The position numbers and the translations under genes are program-made. 64,000 bases of DNA, from IMG/VR virus record IMGVR_UViG_3300037563_000115, one strand, 5' to 3'. The notes under the pieces are model-generated. The model was not told where the DNA came from. It ran no database searches and saw only the letters and a program-made list of their open reading frames with translations. The stretch is from an uncultured virus (IMG/VR IMGVR_UViG_3300037563_000115). Lineage: Duplodnaviria > Heunggongvirae > Uroviricota > Caudoviricetes. How positions within the stretch are numbered: the first letter of the stretch is position 1; each line of letters starts with the position of its first letter. Shown piece by piece: positions 1 to 10,825 of the stretch.

Positions 1-1335
1 TTCCTGCTCTCTTTCCTGGGCATCAATATCCAAAGACTTATACCAGGAGATTTGAGGCAAAATAAGTTGCTTCTCACCAGTATCAGGATCAACTGTATAA
101 AATTCATTCTTTTCAGCGATAGGTCTGAAGAATTTATTAATCATCCAGTCTTCAAATTTATCACGTACAGCTTTATATTGCATAACAAGGGCTTGCAATG
201 CCATTGTTTTACTATTGCCAAAGTTTGGACCTTCACCCAAGATGATATTCTTATTTACACCAAGTCCGACTAGCAGCTGATCTTGAATATAGTCATACTC
301 AGCATTAAGAGGAAACTGCTTTCCCATAACTGACAAAGGCTCATAATGAACAATAGGAGGTGCAATAATTGTAAAAGGAGGGCTTTGAATAGACTGATTA
401 ATAAGCTGCTTCCAATTATTTAAGTCATTTGCCGAAGGCATCGTATTAGAAGCTAAATCGCCAATGGTCCATAATTCTTTTGGAAATACATAATTCTTAG
501 CATAAGCTGATTGAGCAAGACGAATCCAGTCCTGCAAAATAAGAGCTTTAAAGCATGATTGAATCCTGGAGGTTCCACGAGTTGCAGAAGGATCTGTAAT
601 ACGAGCAATCTGAGAGACACACTCTTCATCCAATTTAATATTTCTATGCTCCAATACGGCATTAACAAGCTCTGGAGAAGTTTTCTTAAGCTCATCAACT
701 CTCTCTTGGTCTTCAGGTCTCGTAGAAGAAACAAGAGATTTAATCTCCTCAGTAGGAACCATCTCAAACGTTTTCTTACCAGATAGCATATCTGTTTTAA
801 TTTCTACAAGCTCAGGCTCCAACAAAATAAAATTATGCCAACGAAAGAGTTTCTTACCTGCTTTATTAGGTGTTTCATCTTGAGCCAAGTTACCAAATGG
901 AATAGCCTCACCAAATTTTTCCCTAGATAACGAGGCTTGGAGAATAAAGTCAAAGAGATTGAAATCTCCATTAGAAGACATTTCCTCATAAAATTTCTTA
1001 ACGGTGGGATCAGCAACAACTAAATCAAATTTGGAAAATGGGTACAATGAATGCATCATTGTAATCTGTTGAATATATGGTTCAAGGTTAAAGAAAATAC
1101 GAATCCACTTCAAAATTTCTTGACGAGATTTAGGTAAAACCCACGAATCACTTGTTAGCTCAGGTGAGTAGAAAAATGATTGCGTCTGCGTTACAGCATA
1201 CTCTCCTGTAGCTGTTTTATCAATGGAAGCGGATTTTTCCATCCCTAATGTAAATGGAGTACTCCCATCTTTTAGCATGACACCTTTCTTCTCAATACTT
1301 TTTGATTTATTTTTTGAACCCTTTATTCGAGCCAT
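1..1335 (-). CDS. Probable portal protein (5' part; runs off the window start)
   Basis: Not in the ORF track because it has no stop in the window. Translated by hand from ATG 1335: MARIKGSKNK...LPKSRQEILKWIRIFFNLEPYIQQ...SLYPFSKF...FGEAIPFG...ILLEPELVEI...RGTSRIQSCFKAL...GLGVNKNIILGEGPNF...WMINKFFRPIAEKN, open to base 1. Portal-like motifs and located downstream of terL. Confidence 0.75.
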   Translation of the reverse strand, partial: MARIKGSKNKSKSIEKKGVMLKDGSTPFTLGMEKSASIDKTATGEYAVTQTQSFFYSPELTSDSWVLPKSRQEILKWIRIFFNLEPYIQQITMMHSLYPFSKFDLVVADPTVKKFYEEMSSNGDFNLFDFILQASLSREKFGEAIPFGNLAQDETPNKAGKKLFRWHNFILLEPELVEIKTDMLSGKKTFEMVPTEEIKSLVSSTRPEDQERVDELKKTSPELVNAVLEHRNIKLDEECVSQIARITDPSATRGTSRIQSCFKALILQDWIRLAQSAYAKNYVFPKELWTIGDLASNTMPSANDLNNWKQLINQSIQSPPFTIIAPPIVHYEPLSVMGKQFPLNAEYDYIQDQLLVGLGVNKNIILGEGPNFGNSKTMALQALVMQYKAVRDKFEDWMINKFFRPIAEKNEFYTVDPDTGEKQLILPQISWYKSLDIDAQEREQE

Positions 1336-1338
1336 AAA

Positions 1339-1572
1339 TTAACTCCTAGAATTTTCTTCGTCCAAATCTTTTCGTTTAAATTCATCTTTCGCTAACATAT
1401 TCTTCTTTACCTGCTCAATTCCCTTAGCATATTCAGCCAAATCATTTGCATATTTTTCCAATACCACTTTATCCTGTTTATCTATATGGAAAGTAGACCC
1501 CACATTATATAGAGCGTCTGCTATATACATTAGATATTTATGTGCTTCGTCAAGAGTTTGAATGGGTCTCAT
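1339..1572 (-). CDS. Hypothetical protein
   Basis: 77 aa ORF; start overlaps the upstream ORF; fills the terL-portal gap. Confidence 0.55.
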   Translation of the reverse strand: MRPIQTLDEAHKYLMYIADALYNVGSTFHIDKQDKVVLEKYANDLAEYAKGIEQVKKNMLAKDEFKRKDLDEENSRS

Positions 1573-1750
1573 AATATTCTGATAACCTTTCCAATGTAGC
1601 TAAATTATCCATTTTAAAATCCGTACAAACATGATAGACACCTAAGCATAAACTATCCCCATATTGACAAGGATGAGTTTTGCCAAGATTCCAATGAGAG
1701 GTTTTTGCATGGCCACATTTGCACCTTGGCTGAGGCTTGCGTCTTTTCAT
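1550..1750 (-). CDS. Cys/His finger microprotein, variant NLxYLE tag (DNLATLE)
   Basis: CKCGHAKTSH...C...C...CTDFKMDNLATLE. Confidence 0.7.
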   Translation of the reverse strand: MKRRKPQPRCKCGHAKTSHWNLGKTHPCQYGDSLCLGVYHVCTDFKMDNLATLERLSEYYETHSNS

Positions 1751-1964
1751 ATTTTCTCTAATACAAGTCTACCATAATAACTTGTTATTTCCAACCTGTA
1801 TTTATCCATTGTTATCTTCTACTCTAGTTTCCCATTAAGACAATAATTCAGACCATCTAAATAACTGTAAATTTCTTCAGTATGTAACCACTTAACATTC
1901 TTTTCAATTTTCTTAATGAATGCTTTAGTAATTTTAATCTCTTCTTTTAACTGTTTTTCGGAAA

Positions 1965-3614
1965 TCATGTTAATCTGTCCCGTAAGAATTTTCCAGCGTT
2001 CGGATCACCATTTTGACCTGGCATTGGAGTGTTGCTGCCACTGGTGTTGATCGGACCTGATATACCCATAGCAATGTTCCTCAAAGTAGTAGGAACCTTA
2101 CCTGCATATGATTTCTCTTGATCTGCACACCAAACAGCAAGTACATCAGCAGAAACATGGTCATCATGCCCTGCAGAAGCATCTACGAAAATTTTATCAT
2201 TGATACCTACTGAGGAACGATGCCTCTCCAAAAGCCCCCATTGGTCAAATCCCTCTTTAAAGAATTTATTTTTCTTAATTTTTTCTAAATTTGGGTATTG
2301 AACTCTTCCACTATCAAGTTCAAAAACGAATTGATCTACCATAGCGTTTTTGTAATTCTTCTTTGTAATAGGCTCAGTAGCTCCAAAAGTAACTCCTGCT
2401 ATTGGGATTCCTTCTTTTTTAAACATCTCAACAATACCAATGGCAATATTTGAATAATCAGCAAGACCCATGATACATTGGAATGTTCCCTCAATGGGAT
2501 GAATCAAATCTCTAATTTCCTGCATTTGAGTAACTACGTCACCCTGCCACATATACTTCGCTATAATGTCTTTGGTATTATCCTGATTTTTTCTTAAAAT
2601 TGTAAGAACAGTCCAGTCTAAATCTTTCTGCCCAGGCATTAAAGTTCCAGATGCTGTATCAAGACCAAAGTAATATTTCTCTGTCATTTCGGGACGGCCT
2701 TTTTCTAAAATACTAAAAAGACCAGAGGCAAGTTTTTTTTGCTGATCCCCTGATAGAACGAGGTTAATATCCTCCATCCATATCATAGCATATTGAGTAT
2801 TCCATTCAATTTCAGAATACCCTTCTACGGAGTCATAATGGAGAGAAGGATCATTTGGAAAAAGTTTCTCTTTTACACTCTTTGGCATCAAGTCTACAAT
2901 ACGTTTGGGATAGTCTTTCCCCTCATAACGAATTGATCCCTGCAGCCAATAAATATCACACTCTTCCCAAGACTTCTTTAAAACTTTATAGCGGGTGCCG
3001 TTATCATTACAACTATGCCAAAAATTATTTTTATAAAGAGAAATCCCAATCTTAATAGTTTTAGCCACACTAAAACTACCAAGCATTGGGACTAATTTTT
3101 CCTTTACTACGAAATCACTAGTTCGATGCGCCTCATCAAGAACTAGCACATGAAAGTGCTCAGACTCCTGTGTAGCTGTTGGAGAAGCTGACAATGCCTT
3201 TATAGTTGATCCATTTTTAAATTGAATAAACGAATTAGAAGTATGATTCCAATCTATCTGATCATGCACCTTAGAGGAAGGAGAAAGAATGCGACCAATA
3301 ATATCTTCTTTAACTAAACGTTTTGAAGTATCTGCTTTAGGTCCAAATACACCTACACGAAAGCCTGGATTATCTAGACACATTTTAACAATGGCAATAG
3401 CTACAGAATATGTTTTACCAGAACCACGACTTGCAAGGATACCAATATAAGGCAAACTTAAATCACATACGGAATCTAGAATTTGCACCTGATTGTCATA
3501 TAAATCAATGCCCAAGTTAAGCAATGCCCAATAACTAGGATTCATTGCAGCTTGGATTATATTAGCTATCCTTGCAGATAAATCAGTTTGTATCATTCCA
3601 TCGAAACGAGACAT
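1965..3614 (-). CDS. terL: Terminase large subunit
   Basis: Walker A ASRGSGKT, Walker B VLVLDEAH, RNase H-like nuclease motifs FGLDTA, DWTVLTI and GHDDHVSAD; 549 aa, next to the portal-like gene. Confidence 0.92.
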   Translation of the reverse strand: MSRFDGMIQTDLSARIANIIQAAMNPSYWALLNLGIDLYDNQVQILDSVCDLSLPYIGILASRGSGKTYSVAIAIVKMCLDNPGFRVGVFGPKADTSKRLVKEDIIGRILSPSSKVHDQIDWNHTSNSFIQFKNGSTIKALSASPTATQESEHFHVLVLDEAHRTSDFVVKEKLVPMLGSFSVAKTIKIGISLYKNNFWHSCNDNGTRYKVLKKSWEECDIYWLQGSIRYEGKDYPKRIVDLMPKSVKEKLFPNDPSLHYDSVEGYSEIEWNTQYAMIWMEDINLVLSGDQQKKLASGLFSILEKGRPEMTEKYYFGLDTASGTLMPGQKDLDWTVLTILRKNQDNTKDIIAKYMWQGDVVTQMQEIRDLIHPIEGTFQCIMGLADYSNIAIGIVEMFKKEGIPIAGVTFGATEPITKKNYKNAMVDQFVFELDSGRVQYPNLEKIKKNKFFKEGFDQWGLLERHRSSVGINDKIFVDASAGHDDHVSADVLAVWCADQEKSYAGKVPTTLRNIAMGISGPINTSGSNTPMPGQNGDPNAGKFLRDRLT

Positions 3615-3624
3615 TTCTTATCCT

Positions 3625-3807
3625 TTAATAACTTTGTTTACACTCACACTCTAACCATTTATCCTTATCAAATTCTATCGTCGCATGGCAACCACTTAAT
3701 GACTCTTTAAAACAATGGGAACTACTTTCTTTAGACATTACTTGTTTTTCTACTCCGTGATGAAACGCTTTCAAATGACCACAATCAGGACAGTTAATAA
3801 TTGGCAT
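3625..3807 (-). CDS. Cys/His finger microprotein (no tag)
   Basis: CPDCGHLKAFH...C...C...CECKQSY. Confidence 0.6.
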   Translation of the reverse strand: MPIINCPDCGHLKAFHHGVEKQVMSKESSSHCFKESLSGCHATIEFDKDKWLECECKQSY

Positions 3808-3978
3808 TATTACCCCTTATTTGTCAGACCATTTAGAATATATAAAATTTATTTTTCACTCGATACAAGTTTTAGATCACGACAAGAAGAGCAACGAAAA
3901 AGTTTCCAAAAAGCGATAAGAGAAGATTCTTTCCCCATCAAAAAGGAATAGATCTCTCCGTAATTATGGCTACATTTT

Positions 3979-4170
3979 TTATTTTGTAATGCCCTCGCTT
4001 TCGCCATTCTCTTCACCCAGAGTCCACTCAGTCATCTCCGTTCTCAAATCTTTCATTCGCTGACGGAGAATTAAACTACTCTTTTTTACTTGAGTATGGA
4101 TCTCTTTTACTTCATGATCGATCTTGCGCTGCTTATCTGCACCCATGTTATTTGTTGCCTCCATTACCAT
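3979..4170 (-). CDS. Hypothetical protein
   Basis: 63 aa coiled-coil-like ORF overlapping the upstream gene. Confidence 0.45.
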   Translation of the reverse strand: MVMEATNNMGADKQRKIDHEVKEIHTQVKKSSLILRQRMKDLRTEMTEWTLGEENGESEGITK

Positions 4171-4402
4171 TTTTGCTACCAGTCAATTTAATCAATAAAT
4201 CGAGTGTAGCATTCACATCTTTTGCCAATTGCTGATATTCCTCATTAAATTTCTTAATATCTGTAACTCTCTGTTCCTGAAGTCTATCATACTTTTGAAA
4301 AAGTCGATATAGAGCATATCCTAAAATAGCCATCACTAAACCAGCAGGTGTAATGATCGACCAGAGGTGCGGATTTGTAAGAAGATCTGCTAGAAGCTCC
4401 AT
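4148..4402 (-). CDS. Small membrane protein (holin-like, tentative)
   Basis: One hydrophobic segment (IITPAGLVMAILGYALY) followed by a coiled coil. Confidence 0.45.
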   Translation of the reverse strand: MELLADLLTNPHLWSIITPAGLVMAILGYALYRLFQKYDRLQEQRVTDIKKFNEEYQQLAKDVNATLDLLIKLTGSKNGNGGNK

Positions 4403-4411
4403 ATTTATTCC

Positions 4412-7400
4412 TTATAAAGGTGAGGATAGTTCTTTCAAAGCTTGTAAAAGCTCTTCATTCCATTGGTCAATAATTGATGCTTCTTTGTTAAGAGAAGATT
4501 TCTTTCCTGGGAATTGTACAAGGGTCTTCTCCAAAACTTTGACGGCCTGTGACTTCATGCCGTTAAGCACAGAAGTAACAAAAGCTTCTGCCTTTTCAAA
4601 GTTAGCAAATATTTTGGAAAGCATCTCTTTAGGCGTGATATTAGGCACGTAGCTGACCTCTTGGGTCTGCATTGTGTAAATTTTGTCCCGCCATGCCACA
4701 ACCTTATTCTCCAAGGCATCTATAAGCACACCAGATTTATTGATAGAATCCTGAAATTCTTTTTCCATTTGTACTCGTTCAGCAGCTTGCTCAACTTTTG
4801 CTACTTCCTCTTTTGCTTTAGCCATAATCTGCTTTACAGTAGTATCTAAGGTGGCTAGGTTCTGTTCTAAGGCATCCATTTTGGCTAAAACGGCATCTAG
4901 TTCAGGAGTTGCTGGAACAGCCTTCTCACGGTCTACTCCAGCTGGAGCTTTCTTTAATTCCTTATAAAAGGTCTTAGGCTCTACTGCTGGTTCATCTGCT
5001 GTCTTATTAACAGGAAGATCATCACGTAATTCCTCTCTACAAGGAGCACAAAACTCTTCCTCACCTTCGCCTAATTGTTTACCACAATTATTGCATTGCC
5101 CCACAACAGCTGTCTTATTCTGGGAAATTCCTTTCTCAAAATCAGATGCCTTTTTAGTTACTGGAAATTCTGATTTAACTATTTCCTTAGTGGTAGATCC
5201 CTCAATCTTTGAAGCTACCCATCTATCAAATTCTGCCTTATCAGCAAAATGAGTAGAATAGACCATAACTTCACCATCATAGTTATCCTTTACCCACACT
5301 TTACCAATTTGACGAGGACCTGCTTGCCCTCTCATTACATCTTCAACACCAGATGCTTGTTTCAATTCAGCTTTCTTAAAATATTTGCATGAACATCCTT
5401 CTCCCCCATCACATTTGGCTGGTTCTGTATCTTGCACATTATTAGGCAAATAGTGATCAAATCTAATATGTCCACATTTGCACTTCTCTGCAGAATTTTC
5501 TCTGTTAGCATCTGTTTTCAAGGAGGATTCAACCTCTTCCTGTTGAGGACTTGCCAAGGCAACCCAATCAATCCTGTCATGATCAGAAGGTGACAAGGAT
5601 TCAATATAATTCTGCACTCCAACCTTAGCTGCACTACTATCTGCTAAACTTAATGCCTCGTGAGCAATCTCTCGTGCAAGCTCTTTTAATGCTTCAATAC
5701 GAGCAGCCTCATCTGGCATTTTTAAAATTTCAGGATATTTAGAATTTGAAGCAACTTCATCTTCTTGGACCCATACTCGGACCCAACCATTACCTTCAAA
5801 GGCTGAATCATTAGCATGTTTCTCCAAACCCTTCTTAACGAATTGATAGGAAGTCTTTCCCATACCATTGACATCTTTCAAAAGTTGTTCTGCTTCAGCT
5901 TTAATAGATAAGAGATCATCTTGAGAAGCATCCTTATCTTCCTTGCAGTCTTGACAAACTCCTTTTTTAGAATCAGGATTTTTATCATTCATTGGACGAC
6001 TACAAACTTCGCATTTTTCAGCAACCTTTTTCAAGGAAGCATCCTTATTCCATTCTGCAGCATGTTCTTTACATAGATAACCAGCACCATGTTCATTACT
6101 AACCATTTTTTCTACTGGAAGTTCTTTATCACACTTTACACATTTGGTAACTTTAGCAGCTGTCTTTGGTTCTGGTGTATTATATTTAATATGGCTTGGT
6201 AAATGCTTATCACAATACATGGTAGAGTCAGTACCATGTTGATGTTTAACCACAGGTCCAGCATGTTCTGTACCAGATGTATCAGAACATTTAGCAGCAT
6301 ATAAATGTTTATTAGGATCTATTTCATTAGGAAACATTTGCTTCTTTAATGCTTCATAGGCAGCATCATATTCTTCTTGATGAATTTCTCCACGCATCAT
6401 CTTCTTATCAAGGATATTTACTGCTCGTTCAAATCTAATTTCATCAGAAGCTTCATCAGCTTCTTTCAAACTACTAGCACTATGCAAGCTATCCATAGAG
6501 GGAGTTACTGGAATATCAGATTCTTGTGGTTTTTCAATTTGTGGCTCAGCTATTGGATCAGCTGTTTGGGCACCTTCAGTTTCAGGAGTAATACGATGCA
6601 TCTCTACTTTCAACAGTTCCCCATCTTTATCTACAATACCCCATTTTGTTCCATCACTCTCAGTTTCTTCACTGACAAATTTAGCTCTAAATGCTGGAAG
6701 TTCGCTTTTTAGATCTGATTGAACTATTACCCAACTTTCTGGCTTTGGACTTCTATGGGAAGTGTCTTTACCAAATGGAATAACATCCTGTGAAGGAGTT
6801 TCCATTGTTGGGGTTTCAGAGATAGGTTCTTGCAAAGGGTTAACATCATCTGCAGCTGTCTTTTCAATAGGATCTGTTTCAGAGATATTCATGTAAGCAG
6901 CTGCTCGTTTTAATGAGGCAAAAGCAGTTGGTTTATAATTAGGATTCTCTTTATATTCTCCAGTTTCCATATTGTAAATAAATTGGTAAGGTCCAAACTC
7001 ATCTTCCCAACTATATTCACCACGATAAATTTTATCTCCACTAACACTAAATCTATACCATTTAGCTCCAGGAGCATTCATGCGATACATACTATTTGTA
7101 ACTTCCATAACATCCTGTTTAACTGTTTCAGAAAGAACAGAAGCTACTTTCAAGGAAGACTCTTTCTTACCATATTCCTCTTCAGCATAATGCTTTCCAC
7201 AAAGAGCATTCTTACCTTCATGGCAAGCTTCTCCCTTATGACATTCCCATACTTTATCACATTTAGAACAAGTATGCTCATGGGTATCAGCAGCTACCTT
7301 TCTAATATCTGAATTATCAGCTCTCGATATTTCTTCAATAGCTGATTCTACATGGCCTTGTTCACAATCACATCGTTTACAGCCAGGACATTCACCTTTA

Positions 7401-8491
7401 ATAGGCTTCATATGCCCACACGAAGGACATTTTTCATTCAGTGCTGATTCCTCAACAATAGGTTCATCAACTTTTTCTATTTCTGGCTCTTTATCCTTCT
7501 TAAGATCCTCAAGCAATTTATCATGGGTTTCAGGTGATACTAAATTCTCTGGGGGCTTCAAAGGAGAAGGCTCTTCTTTCTTAATTTCTATACCTTCATC
7601 TCCTGCTGCCTGTCTTTGTTGATCTACAAATATAGTGGTAGCATCTTTGTCATAATGAAAATCTTTCGTGAGCATTTTGGTGATTTCATCCCAATTGCGG
7701 CCATTCAGTCGAAGAACTTTAACAAGCTCAACTTGCTCAGGACCAAACACAGAAGCAGCTTTTTCCTGAAGAGCTGATTCAAGCTCTTTCTTAATAGTTT
7801 CATCAATATGATCTTTCATACTTTCATGCTCTTCTTCTTTCTGGTTTTCGACATCTTCATAGGAAAGTGATGGGGCAGAAAGTTCATCTTTAGATTCAGG
7901 AGCTTTACCTTTACCTTCTTGTTCCCATAGAGGAACTTCTTTACCCGCACCTTTTCCCTTACCCTGATAAGCAGCTAGATCTTCTTGGTTCTCAAACACT
8001 AAATTCTGCACAGTGCCTGAAGGGAAAATATTCTGCAATTTAACTTGACCTGCTTGTTTCCATAAATTTGCATCAATATCTAATTCGGCTTGTGTATTAT
8101 TAAGAACGGGCATATTTGTTGCAACAGGAGTATTTGAATCTTGCGAGTATTCTTTCAGCATATTTTTCATTACTTCTTTAGCTTCATCATACTTATTCTC
8201 GTCGGTAAGTTTAACAAGTTGAGCTAAGTCAGTAGAAATTAATTGGGCAACATGAGAGGCTTCTTCAGGAGAGGTTGTTTTTTCAAGAACCTTTTCTGCA
8301 GAATCTTTCCAAGCAAGAGTGATAATGGAGGAGGTTTCACTGACAGGAACTACATCAAGTGATAACTCTCGAACAGGTGAGGAACCTACGGCAGTTGGGT
8401 CACAAATTTTGAAAGATGAATGTGAAGAAGTAGCTTCTTCAGATTGTTTTATAATACTAGCAATAACGTCACGAAAAAAAGAAAAGCTCAT
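4412..8491 (-). CDS. Large modular protein (1359 aa), putative virion/head polyprotein
   Basis: Many KxA linkers (SSLKVAS, ASLKRAA, SSLKEAD, ASLKKVAE, ELKQAS, NKTAD, SSLNKEAS), several CxxC fingers, C-terminal coiled coil; AGGAG RBS; upstream of terL. Confidence 0.6.
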   Translation of the reverse strand: MSFSFFRDVIASIIKQSEEATSSHSSFKICDPTAVGSSPVRELSLDVVPVSETSSIITLAWKDSAEKVLEKTTSPEEASHVAQLISTDLAQLVKLTDENKYDEAKEVMKNMLKEYSQDSNTPVATNMPVLNNTQAELDIDANLWKQAGQVKLQNIFPSGTVQNLVFENQEDLAAYQGKGKGAGKEVPLWEQEGKGKAPESKDELSAPSLSYEDVENQKEEEHESMKDHIDETIKKELESALQEKAASVFGPEQVELVKVLRLNGRNWDEITKMLTKDFHYDKDATTIFVDQQRQAAGDEGIEIKKEEPSPLKPPENLVSPETHDKLLEDLKKDKEPEIEKVDEPIVEESALNEKCPSCGHMKPIKGECPGCKRCDCEQGHVESAIEEISRADNSDIRKVAADTHEHTCSKCDKVWECHKGEACHEGKNALCGKHYAEEEYGKKESSLKVASVLSETVKQDVMEVTNSMYRMNAPGAKWYRFSVSGDKIYRGEYSWEDEFGPYQFIYNMETGEYKENPNYKPTAFASLKRAAAYMNISETDPIEKTAADDVNPLQEPISETPTMETPSQDVIPFGKDTSHRSPKPESWVIVQSDLKSELPAFRAKFVSEETESDGTKWGIVDKDGELLKVEMHRITPETEGAQTADPIAEPQIEKPQESDIPVTPSMDSLHSASSLKEADEASDEIRFERAVNILDKKMMRGEIHQEEYDAAYEALKKQMFPNEIDPNKHLYAAKCSDTSGTEHAGPVVKHQHGTDSTMYCDKHLPSHIKYNTPEPKTAAKVTKCVKCDKELPVEKMVSNEHGAGYLCKEHAAEWNKDASLKKVAEKCEVCSRPMNDKNPDSKKGVCQDCKEDKDASQDDLLSIKAEAEQLLKDVNGMGKTSYQFVKKGLEKHANDSAFEGNGWVRVWVQEDEVASNSKYPEILKMPDEAARIEALKELAREIAHEALSLADSSAAKVGVQNYIESLSPSDHDRIDWVALASPQQEEVESSLKTDANRENSAEKCKCGHIRFDHYLPNNVQDTEPAKCDGGEGCSCKYFKKAELKQASGVEDVMRGQAGPRQIGKVWVKDNYDGEVMVYSTHFADKAEFDRWVASKIEGSTTKEIVKSEFPVTKKASDFEKGISQNKTAVVGQCNNCGKQLGEGEEEFCAPCREELRDDLPVNKTADEPAVEPKTFYKELKKAPAGVDREKAVPATPELDAVLAKMDALEQNLATLDTTVKQIMAKAKEEVAKVEQAAERVQMEKEFQDSINKSGVLIDALENKVVAWRDKIYTMQTQEVSYVPNITPKEMLSKIFANFEKAEAFVTSVLNGMKSQAVKVLEKTLVQFPGKKSSLNKEASIIDQWNEELLQALKELSSPL

Positions 8492-8522
8492 TGTGGGCTC
8501 CTAAGCGGGTCTTAAATTTTTA

Positions 8523-9962
8523 TTACTTAGATATTGGAGTAACTTTTTCAAAGGTCCACTGAGAGCCATCATCCTCTGCACCTTTGCTAAGAACATCTTT
8601 GGTCTTCGAGACTAGTTTATAACTTATGCCATCGATATGAACAACATCTCCGATAGAGAGGTCTGAAACGTCAGCGGGAATCAAATGTTTATTAAGAATT
8701 ACCTGTTCATTAGTTCCTTCAAATTGGGTCTTAGGTTCGTCACCAGCTGTCTTAGTAAGTCGTTCAGCAATAATCTGATTAGCTTCTGCTTCTTTATAAT
8801 TTTCCAATTCTTCAATGGCTGCAATTTTCTCTAGTACTTCCTGTGAAAATGTCTCAGTAAGTGCTGCTTGAATATTTAGACCCTTGGAAATTAACTCGCT
8901 AACAAGGGATTTCTTGGGGAGAACAACTTTACCCTCTTTGACTGTTACTGGGATGCTAACTGCACGTAGGGCACCATCGGAGTCAATGGTAGCCATTACA
9001 TCATATCCTGTAGAAGATTCTGACACTTCAGCGATTTTGCTAGAGCCATGCCCCATTGATTGAAGCATTGCAACTAGAGCATTAACGGCTTCAGTTTTAA
9101 TCTTATCATTGGCTGCAGTAATAACCTGTTCTTCAGCCTGAATAGATTGCGCTAAATGATCTGTCATATGAGATTTGCCTGATTCATCCTGTTTAATTGC
9201 TACTGAAGCTTCTTCAACCATTTCAAGACCTTCACCTGTTGCCATAGCATTCCTTGCTTCTTCTTCAGTATTAAAAGTAGCTAATTCGAATCCTTCTTTA
9301 TCTGAAACCCAATAAGATGTATGATCTGCATACGGAGTTGACCAGAGAACATATTTTTCATTTTCATCAATCTGTTCACTATCAGCATATGGCTCTGGAT
9401 CTTCAGACATTAGATCGGAACCAAGCCAAGAGTCTTCAGCTTCTACTTTAGAACTTTCCATCTCTATATCTTCTTGCTCATGTTGCTTACGGGAATTTGG
9501 GCAACCATGCTCATGACAGAATACACCATTAATCATAGTAGCTTCACATTGATCACAACCACGAGCAACTTTCTCAATAACTGGTTCAACGAAACAGCCT
9601 TCGAATTTAATGGTGGTTTCATTAGCCACTCGTAACATAGAATCTTTTATAATAGTAGACAGCAATTCAGCCTTATTTTTAGATGTATTATACTCATTCT
9701 TGCCCACAATTCCCAATTCAGAATCCTGCAAAGCTGAGTGACCTACTGATAGGTAGTTTGACCCGTCATCAATAAGTTTAAATCCATCTAATGAGGCTAC
9801 TACTGTTTCAGGATGATTTTCAGCAGCATTCAATGAGGTCTCAATCTTAGACTGAACACTTTCCTCACCGTCTACTTCAATATTGTTATCGTTTACAGTC
9901 ATATTAACCCCCACTTGATTTAAAAAATCGCCTGAAGCTGCATTAATTTTGTTCATGTTCAT
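8523..9962 (-). CDS. Acidic modular protein (479 aa), putative virion protein
   Basis: Intact ORF with GGAG RBS; contains CDQCEATMINGVFCHEHGCPN Cys module and KVA/KTA linkers. Confidence 0.55.
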   Translation of the reverse strand: MNMNKINAASGDFLNQVGVNMTVNDNNIEVDGEESVQSKIETSLNAAENHPETVVASLDGFKLIDDGSNYLSVGHSALQDSELGIVGKNEYNTSKNKAELLSTIIKDSMLRVANETTIKFEGCFVEPVIEKVARGCDQCEATMINGVFCHEHGCPNSRKQHEQEDIEMESSKVEAEDSWLGSDLMSEDPEPYADSEQIDENEKYVLWSTPYADHTSYWVSDKEGFELATFNTEEEARNAMATGEGLEMVEEASVAIKQDESGKSHMTDHLAQSIQAEEQVITAANDKIKTEAVNALVAMLQSMGHGSSKIAEVSESSTGYDVMATIDSDGALRAVSIPVTVKEGKVVLPKKSLVSELISKGLNIQAALTETFSQEVLEKIAAIEELENYKEAEANQIIAERLTKTAGDEPKTQFEGTNEQVILNKHLIPADVSDLSIGDVVHIDGISYKLVSKTKDVLSKGAEDDGSQWTFEKVTPISK

Positions 9963-9965
9963 CTC

Positions 9966-10820
9966 CTAAAATCTAGTCCTAATTTGTTCCCTATTATTCT
10001 TTAATGAATCATAAGGTCTTAAATTTTTAAAATTCCAACATTCTAAACGTTGTTTTTCAATTGATAAATCAAACTGGTTGCATGAAATTATATGATCAAG
10101 ATTCCATTTTCCAATACCACTACCATAATTGCTCCAATTCATCCATGGTTCCCAAAGGGATTCAATATAAATTTTAAATTCTTCTGGTGTACATCCAATA
10201 TAAGCATGAAAATAGCAAGAATTTTTTATTTTTCCACGCAACGTTTCGCTAACAATTGTAGTTAACTTCTTTCTCCAGTATTTGTGCAATGGACGATTGT
10301 TTGTTTTAGCACATAAACGGGTATTATTATTTTGTTCTTTTCGTGTTGCCCATCTACAATTAGCTTTAGAATAACTATCAATTAATAAATCATTTTCAAT
10401 ACGATCTAAAAAAGTGTCTTCCTCTCCAAATTCTGCTATATGCTTGAGATAAGACTCATACATATCATCTCTAAAATTCTCGAATACAAGCCATCTCTCC
10501 CAAAGAGTAATTCCTCTACCACCATAATTTTTATAAGCAACATTTTTTAAATTTAAGCAACGTGCTTTCATGTTACACCAAACACCATAAAAACTACTAC
10601 GTCTCATTCCATGGGATAAATTACGCTCCAAAAGACATAGTGTTAATAAACACCCACAGGATTTTGTATGCCCTGAAACTAAATTCCATCTATACACTAA
10701 CTTCTTAGTTCCACAATCACATACACAATTACATAAAGTCTCCTCTCTTTCATAATCCCAATAAGAAGACTCAACAAACAAATTTCCAAATTTTTTATGT
10801 GTAATATCCTTTTTATTCAT
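9966..10820 (-). CDS. Free-standing HNH-type homing endonuclease
   Basis: KFGNL...CVCDCG...TKSCGC, NYGGRGI, LDRIEND...NCRWAT, and C-terminal MNWSNYG...WNLDHII...KNLRP. Confidence 0.85.
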   Translation of the reverse strand: MNKKDITHKKFGNLFVESSYWDYEREETLCNCVCDCGTKKLVYRWNLVSGHTKSCGCLLTLCLLERNLSHGMRRSSFYGVWCNMKARCLNLKNVAYKNYGGRGITLWERWLVFENFRDDMYESYLKHIAEFGEEDTFLDRIENDLLIDSYSKANCRWATRKEQNNNTRLCAKTNNRPLHKYWRKKLTTIVSETLRGKIKNSCYFHAYIGCTPEEFKIYIESLWEPWMNWSNYGSGIGKWNLDHIISCNQFDLSIEKQRLECWNFKNLRPYDSLKNNREQIRTRF

Positions 10821-10825
10821 TTTAA

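Noticed and set aside
453..1019. Minus-strand ORFs 453-767 and 804-1019
   Set aside because: Off-frame overlaps inside the portal-like reading frame 1335 to base 1.
8504..8511. GACCCGCT beside the RBS of the 1359-aa gene, complementary to AGCGGGUC in the candidate ncRNA
   Set aside because: Only 8 bp; a chance match in 64 kb cannot be excluded.
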